A stretch of DNA of 64,000 bases, taken from the NCBI GenBank assembly GCA_965637545.1, contig OZ281495.1, positions 12,958,001-13,022,000 on the forward strand. Reading direction: 5' to 3'. This DNA comes from Phallusia mammillata. Its lineage: Eukaryota. A model generated the notes under the pieces. The model worked only from the letters and a program-made list of their open reading frames with translations, ran no database searches and had not been told where the DNA came from. The position numbers and the translations under genes were made by a program. Shown here piece after piece: positions 1-11,900 of the stretch; position 1 is the first letter of the stretch; each line of letters opens with the position of its first letter.

Positions 1-3
1 CAG

Positions 4-439
4 GTGGATCTTGCTTTGCTTTAAGCGCGAGTTCACAGAATCTGAAGCACTTATGATCTGGGAGTCATGCTGGGCTCATTACCAGACCAACTATTTTCAC
101 TTGTTTATATGTGTCGCAATTATATCTCTCTATGGCGCTGATGTTGCTGATCTAAAATTAGCCTCAGATGAGATGTTACTGCACTTTTCTCATCTTTCAA
201 TGCAAATGAATGGTTCCCTCGTTTTGAGAAAAGCCAGAGGACTTTTGCATTCCATGTTATCATCTAATTCCATTCCTTGCACTTTACATGACCTCTTTTG
301 CCTGCCTGTAACACATGATAGCACTCAGATTCCCAAAGTCAAATGCAATGGGGGAAATGAGTGCGCGGGAAGTTGTGTTCATGGTGGTGAAGTACACAGA
401 AATCCAATGAAAAAGTTTAATCTTGGACGCTTTTTTTAA
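4..439 (+). CDS. TBC1D16: TBC1 domain family member 16, last coding exon (gene starts upstream of the window)
   Basis: AG acceptor at 2-3, then (R)WILLCFKREFTESEALMIWESCWAHYQTNYFHLFICVAI...LVLRKAR...IPCTLHDL, closely matching the TBC1D16 C-terminus as I recall it; stop at 437-439. Confidence 0.85.
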
Positions 440-1312
440 TTTGTGTTTTCAATAACTAATTTCTTTCGCAAGGGTTAAGAATCTTTGGAGATCTTATTGT
501 GTTTTCCTAAATTTATATCATTGTTCCCTCCTGTTTACTTGTGCATGGTGGTACTGGTGCATCATTGCCTAAAGAGTTACCTTGTTCACATCAGTCAAAA
601 CACCATCAAAAAAAGTCTGTTAACAGTAAAAATCTTCTTCAGATTTACTATTTATTTTTCTGAAGCACATCATCAGCAGATTGCACATACTTTGTTTCTG
701 TAGAAGGATACTGTATACCTAGTTGTTATTTGCACAACCCATAGTAATATGGAGCAATTTGAAAAACTACCTAGTTATATAATTATCGCACCTTTTTTCT
801 GCCTGAAAGTAGTACAATAAGAAGCATTTAGATGTTTTAGCTATTGATCATTTGCAATTTTCTCTTAAATAGTGTATCATTAAAAATTAGTAAATAGTGT
901 GTGTTTTTGTTTATTTAATTTTGATGCATCTCTGATTGCTTTAGTGTTTTAAATTTAGAGTGTTGAAGCTAAAATTATTTTGAAACCATCATTTTTGTGA
1001 TAAATTTAGCCACACATACTTTTGAAATACATTTCGCTTATTTGAAAAAAAAACACTGTAAAACTGTAGTTTGTCATGTGTGCAATGTTTTTGTGATATT
1101 TTTTAATTTCATATAGTTATTGATGCATACCTAAATATTTCTTCACTTGGTGTTGTTTTTTTATTTGCCAGAACTTGCACATTTGTTTTATTTCAATTTT
1201 GTTAAAGATACATAGTTTATGTTTAAGTTTTTTGTCTATTCTGTAATAATTAGTCTGTAATCTGTCGATTGTTTCCTGTAGGTTCAACAATCATAGACTT
1301 TTTACCATCAGT

Positions 1313-2469
1313 ATGAGACTTGTTATTTTGGATGATGTTGACAAGGTCAGCACATGGGCTGCCAAGTACATCAGAAACAAGATTCTTGCCTTCAACCCTG
1401 GACCAGACAAGTACTTTGTACTCGGCTTGCCCACAGGCAGCACACCAATGGGAACATATAAAAAATTAATAGAGTTCTACAAATCAGGTGTTCTGTCATT
1501 CAAGTACGTCAAGACCTTTAACATGGATGAGTATGTGGGTTTACCAAGAGATCACCCAGAGAGCTATCACTCCTTCATGTTTGACTATTTGTTTAAGCAC
1601 ATTGACATTGACCCAAAGAATGTCCATATTCTTGATGGAAATGCAGAAAATCTGGTTGCTGAGTGCAATGCTTTTGAAAAGAAAATTTCTGAAGCTGGTG
1701 GTGTGAATCTTTTTGTTGGAGGCATTGGTCCAGATGGGCACATAGCTTTCAATGAACCAGGATCAAGTCTGGTTTCCAGGACCAGGGTCAAAACTTTAGC
1801 TCAGGATACCATTTTAGCAAATGCACGATTTTTTGATAATGATTTGTCAAAGGTACCAACCCAAGCACTCACTGTAGGTGTTGGAACTGTTATGGACGCT
1901 CAAGAGGTAAATATAATTTTCAGCTACTTTAACTGGCTGTTAAGTCATGCAAAATTTTAAAATTATAAGCAATTATGAGTCATGAATTGTGCATGAGATG
2001 ATTTACTAAGCTGCATTGGTGGAATCATGTACATTTTTTTGTATTCGTTCAAATAACCTTAACATCCTGCCATCTACTTTAATACATATGTTTCTTACTT
2101 GGAGACATACTAGATTGTAGGCTATGTGGGGTTTACTAGAATCCTCAGTGACAGCAGAATCTTAACACATTAACTTCAAGAGTGAAAAATGTTTTTCTTT
2201 TGCAGGTCATGATTTTGATTACCGGAGCACACAAAGCATATGCATTGCACAAGGCGATCGAGGGTGGAGTAAGTCACATGTGGACAGTGTCTGCATTCCA
2301 GCAGCATCCAAAGTCAATTTTTATATGTGACGAAAATGCAACACTGGAACTGAAGGTAAAAACAGTGAAGTATTTCAAGGGATTGATGGAACTCCACAAT
2401 AAACTGGTTGAAGACACTGACCCCGGTGCAGAAGAGAGAAAGAGAAATAAATTACAATCAAGTACTTGA
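1313..2469 (+). CDS. GNPDA1: Glucosamine-6-phosphate deaminase, 2 exons (1313-1906, 2206-2469), about 285 aa
   Basis: [35 protein letters not shown] and [11 protein letters not shown] motifs; phase-0 GT-AG intron 1907-2205. Confidence 0.95.
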
Positions 2470-2964
2470 AGTGTGTTGTTGCTTGTTGGCATCATTTAAA
2501 ACATATCAGTGCTTTTTTATTCATTTAGTTGTGCTGCGATGGCATTAGCAATCCAATTTTCATACACATATACTTGTTTAAGCATTTTCTTTCTTTGTGC
2601 TACAAAATACTTGTTTTGGGACCTTTCTATAAAGTGGGCAGGCCTCTTTTTCACTGTTTGTTTTGCTTTCATGCCACAACACTTAACTCTTTGTTTGAAA
2701 AAAGTACAGTGCATTTATACATATTTTTGAAAAAGGACAATAGCTTGTGTGAAATACCAGTATGATATAATGTGTAGTTCCCCCTAAAAAATAGCTTACT
2801 AATCAGTTTCCTTTATGTTCCACATGTCAATGCTCTATAATGTATTATGTCAGACTTCGAATTCATTAGGACAAGAAATGAAATTATTGATTTCTGAAAG
2901 GTCAGTTGAACTGCCAATACTTAAAATCTAAATCAATAAAATGATTTGGACACTTGGTTAACAT

Positions 2965-3143
2965 CAGTGGTGGGATTCAAATTTTTTGTCAGCCGGACTA
3001 TCACAAAAGTCGTATTTTTCAGTCAGTTTTGTTACAAAAAGTTCATTGACAGTAACCAGTAATGCTAACCAGTTCCCTGATCTAATAAAACTTTGTAAGA
3101 CGGTTCTATAGAACCGGTGCGAACTGGCTGAATCCCACCACTG
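2965..3143. mobile_element. hAT-type MITE
   Basis: 15-bp TIR CAGTGGTGGGATTCA / TGAATCCCACCACTG; flanking 8-mers gttaacat / gttgaaat (6/8 match). Confidence 0.75.
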
Positions 3144-4012
3144 GTTGAAATGTAATAAGTTATAACATTATGTCCACATTTTTGTTTATTTAATATATTA
3201 GTCAACGGCAATGTTTTATTTACCTGTACAGTTCCTTGTGCATTTTCAGAAACAAGTTCATTTATTGTGTGATATAAATGTGTTTGTCTTATATTCAGTA
3301 CAACCTCAACTGTCACTAGTATGCCCATTGCTTGTGCACTTAGACCTTAGCACAAAGGTACTTTTTTGCAAGTCATCCCAATTATCTGTGTAAAATCATT
3401 CACAAAAGTTGTAGGAATTTAAATTGCATGTCTTGTCACAGTGACTAAGGTTTTTTAGGAAAAGTTTAATCTGCTGCTGTTTTCTTTCTGCTGAATTTTT
3501 GTTGCAAATTTGAAAGTACACTTTCTTGTGTTGTTTCCATTAACAGGTTTATCCTGTTTAAATTTGAGGAGTATCACCATTTATTGCCTGTCAATTTATA
3601 AACGTTTGGTGCAATTTACTTTAAACTTGAGACAAGATAATAAAATGTACATACTACATGGTGTTTGATTTCAAACGAAAAAACACATATAACTTATATA
3701 CAGTATATTGTATTTACACTTGAAAGATATCATTTTATTGGGAGGTAGTCGTGTACTTTTAGGAAAAATTTATTTTGCTGAGTAAAAGACACATCATACC
3801 AGCTTAATTGTGCTAAATATTTACGAAGCGTGAAGACGAAGGCTAATAATCGAAGGAAATGTGCAGGTTGAACTTAAAATAACAGGCAACACCCATTTGG
3901 GTCAGCTACTAAAAAATAGTGGCACAGCACGTTTTGTGTGGTTTAGAAGCATAGATATCACGACATTCTAAAAAAACACAATCGTATCAACGACGTCTGT
4001 CTTGATATTTTA

Positions 4013-6921
4013 TTACGGGGTCATAAGCGAAACGCTAAACTGTATCACGAATGCGTGGTCTGTGTAATGACATGCAGGGCTTGTCGCTTTCGTCGAATAA
4101 ACCGTCGCTCTTGCAATACACGGTGGTGCCATGAGCATTGAATAAATCGATTGTCCGACCTGCGCACGGCTTCGCACGCGCTCGACAGATTGCTGAAAGC
4201 ATATATTACACTGACGTGTGAACAATTGGTTGGTCGTCGTCTGTCACAGCAGATGGACGGCGCATTTCCCTGTGACGATTTCCTTCCCTTGCGTTATCGT
4301 GACGCAGAATAATAAATGTCTATATCCTTTGAACGAGGGAGATTTACAGGTCAATAGGTAAATAACTGACACGCACAAAACACCCAGCGCTGGGTTTTTT
4401 CATACTCAAAACGACGGAGTTACCATCCGTGTAACTAACCAAGGGACATATGTTAGCCAGATCAAAAATGTTCCAAAATCTATCAATGATATAACCCGGG
4501 GCACAAGGAAGTTCGACATTTTACCCTGGAATGCCACAAAGAAACAACCGGCACATACCCAAAACGCTCTAGTCAAGGAAATTTCACTTTGGCAACCGAT
4601 TTACCTTTGTTCTAAACGTACATTTTAGCGTTTTAAAGCAGTAGTTCTCAACCAGTAATACGCGTACGGTACTACAGTGGTACGCCGGAATTTTTCATGT
4701 GGTACATGAGTAGCTTTCTGTCATAGTTAATTCAAGTCAGATCATGAAATGCAACTTAACTAACCCAATCAGCCTGGTTTAGCGAAACTTAAACATTTCG
4801 TTAGAATTGCTGGTGTCAGAAACATATGTGCTAGCTTAGTAAAGAAGAATCCGCCTAGCTCTTGGTCTATAGCAGTGGTTCTCAACCAGGGCCCATGTCT
4901 ATAGATTCACCATTAAACACTACTAAAACCCTTTTTCTTTTTTAATGCGCATGATTAAGTGTGTGTTGCAAATAACTTTATTCCCTAATTTATTTAACTA
5001 TTTCACACACTATTTGTCTATATTGAGGTTTTTCATGTCAACGGATACATATTCTTGTATACTCTATTCGACCCGTTCAAAGCCAAATTTAGTACCGAAT
5101 TCCAACACAGGTTGCCATTTTAATTTGTAAGGGGGCCACATGACTTACAGGGTTATTTGAAGGGGGCCATGAGGCTAAAAAGTTACTTTTAAGGGGCCAC
5201 CAAAAGTTGAGAACCACTGGTCTACACCCAAACAGGGTTTATGCGTTACGCAACGACAGAAAAGGTCGTCATGTGGTACGCGATTAGTATAAGGTTGAGA
5301 ACCACTGATTTAAAGGTATTGGAACTACCTGTAAATAACTTGGTACGAGCGTATGCCCTGTTGGGTGACATTTTCGATTTCACCGAAACTACGAAGATAT
5401 TCTATGGCTTGACGGAGGGAAATCATTTTGCTGATAAAGACGCGGACAGCTGATAAAGGAACTTGGATGCAGCGACTTCGTGTTCTTTGTTGCTCGACTT
5501 CGTCCAATAATTTCAGTTCTTTAAAAACGTGTGTATTTCGGCTGTAGTCTGTGTTCATCAACTTTCAATGCCATGTTTAACCTTTATACACTAAGTCTTG
5601 GGAAAACGCTGTGAGGCCTAAACAGCAAACTAAGCGTAACAACTAACAAATTACAGTGAACTTTGCGACCACACCAAGCTAATACATGATATAAAAGCAA
5701 CTACTATTTTTTGTTTTTTTGTTTCGCACCCGTTCGTTTGCAGTGTCGCGTCGCTAAATCAACAGATTTCATACACACCTCTTCGAGTGTGAAAAATCTG
5801 ACTTGGCTTCGGGGTTATATACATCATAGACTGTTGACCTTGGTGTTGTTCGAGGTCACGTTTACCAAGTATTTTCAGACGACCGGTGGGAAGAGAGTTC
5901 TAAACAAAAGAGAATTAAGCGCATTTTAAGAAATTTAAATTGAGGGTGTGTCATGTGGAAACATAGGACTCGAAATTGCCAGTTCGAAGGCAAAGTAATT
6001 TCCACGCATATTTGTTTCGCGTTCTGTGGAAATCTTATGAAACGCAGATTGTGTTAAACACAGGGAACATTGTTTGGGGCAGCACTACTTCGTGCGATCA
6101 TCAGGGCAAACTGGGTTTCCAAGGATAGGAAGTTGCTCTTAATAAACGTCGTTTACGACAAAAATTACAACACCGAAAATGTGTTCATTTGATTTGACAC
6201 TAACCCTCTACTTCCACCATGCGACTGATGAAAATTAGAGATGTACCAAAGTTTAAATAGGTCCATTTTTGTAAATACTGATCTGGCTTTTACTATTCGT
6301 TATTAGTCCATACTTATTTTACCATACAAGACAAAGGCGTTTCAGAGTTTCACTTTAGGAATTAACTTGACTTTTTTAAGTCGCGCCTTTACGTTCGAGC
6401 CAGTTTATGTCTGTATGTGGGTCAGACGTGCCGAACATTCGGTCAAATTGGTGAATAACTAACAAAAGATATCCCATCTAAGCAATTCTCGCCCCTGGCG
6501 ATCAATGTTTCTACTAGATAAGGAAAATCAAGGCCTGTGTTTTTCCCATCTTTAGACCTACCTTTGATGATTGAACTTTGTCTTCCGCTTCAAGAGCTTT
6601 GGAAACGGGATCAGGCAAGAACTTCGCCACCCGACAAAGTTTATTAAACTCATACCGAAAACCAGCAAACTTTCCAGATCTACACTTGGTCTGGAAATTG
6701 TCAGCTGTTATGCCTTGTTCTAGTCCGTACGCTTGAAACTGGAGATTGTCAAATGCTTTCGAGGTTGGACTATTTGTACGTTGCAGGCAGTATTCTGGAG
6801 AGTAGTTTCGTTTGTGCATCCATTGCTCTTGCTGGGACGAAGAAATCAATTGGTCTTGCTTGCTTCGTTCAAAGCCGTACGGTGTCACAACATTAATTAT
6901 GTTCTGAAGATCACGAGGCAT
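4013..6921 (-). CDS. Unidentified multi-exon protein-coding gene (exon chain not fully resolved)
   Basis: ORF 6921-6514 has an acceptor just before the ATG and a GTAGGT donor after ...VQSSK. Further open, splice-bounded segments lie near 6450, 6140, 5890, 5561-5325, 4540 and 4320. No family recognised. Confidence 0.3.
4639..5307. mobile_element. hAT-type MITE (outer element of a nested pair)
   Basis: TIR CAGTAGTTCTCAACC / GGTTGAGAACCACTG; TSD ttttaaag / atttaaag (7/8). Confidence 0.8.
4873..5219. mobile_element. hAT-type MITE nested inside the previous element
   Basis: TIR CAGTGGTTCTCAAC / GTTGAGAACCACTG; TSD gtctatag / gtctacac (6/8); internal GGGGGCCAC/T-type repeats. Confidence 0.8.
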
Positions 6922-8911
6922 TTTGTCTTGCAGTTACAAGTTGGATTGAGCAATGATACAATTGTTTATTGATTGTGACGTCACCTATTCCCAACAGCAT
7001 TCATGTATCACATAACAACGATTGTCTTTTGTCATTCTGCCATTCGCACATTTAACAGTTCACAAACAGTCATAGCAGGTGAAGGATGGATGTTCTACAA
7101 AAGTTTAAAGTAAACAATTTGTAAGTTCAGCTGAAAAAATACGATTGAACTGTTTGCATTTGAGCCAGTATTGTCCGGTCGTTGACATGCAGCTGGCCAT
7201 AGCATATATTAGGGTGAAACAGTCTGCAACAGGCCAATGCATGAATTTTAGAAGAACGTTTTCGGAGCAATTGCTTCGCCAATTACGCCTGTCAGATTTA
7301 CGGGTGTGCCTCATAGAGAATAATTAAAAAATAACATATGCTTGTTAGCAATATAATGAAGGTTGACCATGGCAGGGCAGATAATACAAATTGACAGATG
7401 TCGATGTTGGTTCTTGCAGAGCACAGGTCAGCAAAATCCTTTGGGAGAAGTGGGACGTGCCGGATATAACTGCTAATTACGTAGGCGATCAATTATTTAT
7501 CAACATTGCGCAACGAAGCTGTGGCAGGCGCAGCGATGTAGCATTTCACCTTTTATTACACACCAATGTAGGACACGAAAAATAGAAAATGCTTGTGACA
7601 ATATACGACAACTGGTTCAACATCGAATGTTAAACAGAAAAAAACAAAATAATTCCGGTATGCAATGTCAAAATCTAAAAGATTTTTCCCCAACGAGCTT
7701 CAATCATTTATGCCACGTAACATGCTGCTTTCAACTTATTGCAGAAAAGCAAGTTTACTGCAACCAAAGAAAAAGTGATTTCAATGCAATATCTAACACA
7801 AAACCTCAGTGCATTTATTCTGTATAACTTTGCTTTCACAAAAAATAGAAAAAAACATATTTTGCTGTTTGGAATATTTGGTTGCTTTGGCATATACATC
7901 TGAGCACCAAATATGTTAGGTTTCACCGAAGTTAAGCCTACAGTGAAAAAGAGGCAGGATTATTTCTGGATGAAATTAGGTTAAAAATGGTACGAGCGTG
8001 CGAGGTATGGCATAAGCAAGTTGAATCCAAACTGGGCGGGGAGCAAATCAATGTCAAAAAGCTGGCTGAATTAAACGTGGGAAAACAATAGCCTACGATG
8101 ACTTATAAACATAATAGAATCTATCTAAAAGTGGAGTAGAATTTACAAAAAAAACAAACATTACAATCAACGTGGTTTTTGAAGGAAACCGCAATCTTTT
8201 TCTAGTAGAACAGAAAACAAATGTCTGTTTATATCGAACCTAATGACATGTTTTATGTAATGTTAATGCATGTGAAAGGTGCACCAAATTAGAGGAAAAG
8301 TTGATTAACCAACAAAAATGAAAAATTACTTTGTGGAACTTAAATGTGTGCGTCAAATGTAAAGGGTAGTATCTAAGAGAATGTGCGAGAAAAACAATAA
8401 ATTTTGACATTTAAAAGAACAAAACATGTTAAAAACTACAGGTGGTTAGAATAAGCCTTTGTAGAATAAAAACAGCACAGACAGTTGCTATAGCTCGATT
8501 CAACATATGCATGTAGGTAAAATAACAAAGGACGAACATCACAGCAGTGAAATGATACTTGGAAAAATACTGCATCAAAATAGGTAGTTACAGGTCTTGC
8601 TGCAAGGACACTGTGAGTGTGCTGTCTACATACTACAAAAATATGGCCTAAAACACAAAACGGAATGTGTTGAGTTATTGTTGTGTCAAAGTTAGATGGT
8701 AAAAAGGCCGACTTGAGAATGTTTTAATTTGTCTCCATTTTGTACCGTGGATTTGGGTCATAGAAATCGTACAACAACAAATCTCACGCGCACTACAAAA
8801 ACCATATTACAGCGAATGAAGAGCGATTTTTCACTCGAGGGGACTATCAATGAATGATTGACGGAACAAAGATAAGAGCAATATCAAATGCAAGATGGAC
8901 ATGGTCGATAT

Positions 8912-11900
8912 TCATTTCGAAGACTCGTCATGATATTCCTGAGGCGTATAATCCGGTGCCTGTGATTCAATATCAGGCTCTTCGTCGGTTTGAACCTCAT
9001 CATCAGCGCCATCATCAACGGTTTTTACTCTGCGTCAAAACAATAGCCTTGTAAAATCGATAGTTTTTATCGATTATGTTATTTACAGGCGAATTTCGTG
9101 CATAAACTCAGTGAAAATGAAGAGTAGGGTTTTAAAACCGCATTTTTAATTATTGATAAAAATGATCACGCACAACGTTAAATTCGTGTTTTAGATAAAT
9201 TATGAGTTCTATTTTCTCTTAGAAACCCTTTTACAAAACATTTTAGACAAATTACAATTATTTAGAAAAATTAGATTTTTTTGACTGATGGAAACATTGT
9301 GCTAAAATGAAAGTCTGCTTTTTTTCGACAAATTTTGACTTGCACCCGTTTATACATTTTAACATGTTAAACAGTGTACCAATATTGAAATCCCATTTAT
9401 GTCGAAAACATTTAACAGCTTAACCTAATCCAAATTATGTGGTTCTCAGCATATAGGCTATCATTTTAAAGTGATTTAAATGTCATAGACTAATGAATGT
9501 GAATGTGATTCATTAAAACTAAAGTTCACGTATTTCATCAAAATAAGATAAAACCGTCAGGCAACGATGGTAAATTGCACTGCCCTGACGCTAATTCGGT
9601 TTAAATGCCAAACCTTTTAAAACCCTGTTGTTCGGGATTGGACTTGTTGAAGAACTTGCCCAAGTTTAGCTTTCCTGTTCCCGGCAGAAATGCTTTGTTT
9701 GCTGCGGTTTCCGAATTACCATCTACAAGAAAATCTGTTTGAAGTTAAAGTTGGTGATAAGTGTTTAGCCCAATCGGTCGCATAAGTTTTTGGTCCAAAA
9801 GAAAAAGATTTTAAATTATAAACAAATCATTTTATGTGAAGGCAAAGCTGTTTCACGTGACAAGGCAAAAAATATTGGAAAACAATTGAAATGCGAAGAA
9901 GCAGTATATTGCGGCATATAACTGTTAAAAATCACAATACGAAATAAAAATTAAGCAATTTATCAATAACAATTTTAAATTCGCTCAAAAAAATCAGTTA
10001 TTCACCTTCATACTTTCTCAGTCGGCGTGTGCGTGACCTCACGTAGCAAAGCCCAATTCCAAAAAGTAAAATGGGAATTGCCACTAATACGACCACAACA
10101 GCCGTCGTAACATTTCTGGAGATGCCCTGTGTATAGAAAAACACATGCTACCATGTCCTAAGGCAGTAATCGACACTAAATTTAGTTTCCGAACTGTGAC
10201 ACATAAGATGACGACACTAACACAAAACGTCACAATGGTATGTGCTAAATATGGAACATACAGCGCGGGATAAACAATATGTTTGGAACACCAGTTAACC
10301 ACAAGTTTTAGAAGATTTTGTTTAGTTATTACTGTTCGCAACGTAAAGGGCAAAGCTTCTTTAAAATTCCATTACTAGTTAAAAGTGAAGCCTGATTAAA
10401 CCTACGAACATAGTAGGCTACTTGTGCTCGGTTGTTTTAAGTTTTTCAGAAAACTAGAAGGGTGGCTTAGCACATATTGCCCTTGCACATACACTATGAT
10501 CTATTTTAAAACATAAATATAATTCCTTCACTTATTTTATATTGGGTCCCATATTTGCCACCGTCTTTTAAAACGTTAGTTGTTTCTGCAGGCAGAAACT
10601 CATGGGTCCCCACACATGCAAAGTTGTAAACACTGCATTTCAAGAGATAACCATAAGAAACTTTGGTGTTGTAAAGTAAAACACTGTGATTGGTACTAGG
10701 ATTAAATAGTCATGCTATGCAAAGTTCAAACTATACAAATCGACTCAATTCAAGCATTGTTTAAAGTTTGTCTAGTTTAAAACAAAGAAGTAAAACACAA
10801 CAATCGATACCTATAAATGGCATAACATTTCCAACAATTGCCCACTGTTTAAAAACTCACCCATTTTAGGGGGCTAGCAGGGTGACTATTGGGGCTACAG
10901 GGTTTAACACAACAATCGTCATTTGTAAATGGCAAATTGTACAAGCTATCCAAATTTCAGCCAATTCCGACCCTGTTTAAAAAATTTATCCTTTTTAGGG
11001 GGCTAGTGGGGTAACTGATGGGGCTACAGGGTTTAACACAACAATCATCATTTGTAAATGGCAAATTGTACAAGCTATCCAAATTTCAGCCAAATCCAAC
11101 CCTGTTTAAAAATTCACCCATTTTAGGGGGCTAGTGGGGTAAATGCTGGGGCTACAGGTTTTAACACAACAATCATCAATTGTAAATGGCAAATTATACA
11201 AGCTATCCAAATTTCAGCCAATTCCGACCCTGTTTAAATATTCACCCATTTTAGGGGGCTAGTGGGGTAACTGATGGGGTTCTTCACCCTAATGTTGAAA
11301 ATATGAAACTGCAATGACCCAAACAACAATCCTGTAAAATTTTGTCCAAATCGGCCAATGTTTCAATTTCGACCACTAGGGGGCGTTTTAACCAACAACC
11401 GTAATAACTTATGACGTCACAAGATGACCCAAACAACAATCCTGTAAAATTTTGTCCAAATTGGCCAATGTTTCAATTTTGACCACTAGGGGGCGTTTTA
11501 ACAAACAACCTAATGACTTATGACGTCACAAGGCTGTGAACAACCCCCTTGACTGCTATCCGCAAACACGTTCACCAAGCAATCCTTAAACATGAGTACC
11601 ATATGTAGTTGTCTTTATAACATCACACAAAACTAACGTTTGTGGTGCGCACAAACCACATTTTACATTTTGGGGTCTAGCGGGGTAAATACTGGGGTTA
11701 TCATGACAAACGAAGCAGATGGCACATCTACACAACTATATCTACCATCTGTGAAAGTTTCATCCAAATCCATCAAACATTTCAGGGCAAAATGGGGTGG
11801 ACAAACTTCAGGGAAGAAAAAAAAAAAGAAGAAAAAAAAAGAAAAAAAAAAAAAAGAAATCGAGTAAAATCAAGATGTGTCCCCTTCAAGGAAGGGGACC

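Noticed and set aside
10845-11533. Repeat array as a CRISPR-like locus
   Set aside because: Units are contiguous with no unique spacers, there are no cas genes, and the context is a eukaryotic intron.
11640-11867. ORF ending in poly-Lys
   Set aside because: Translation of the A-rich tract in the Helentron-like element.
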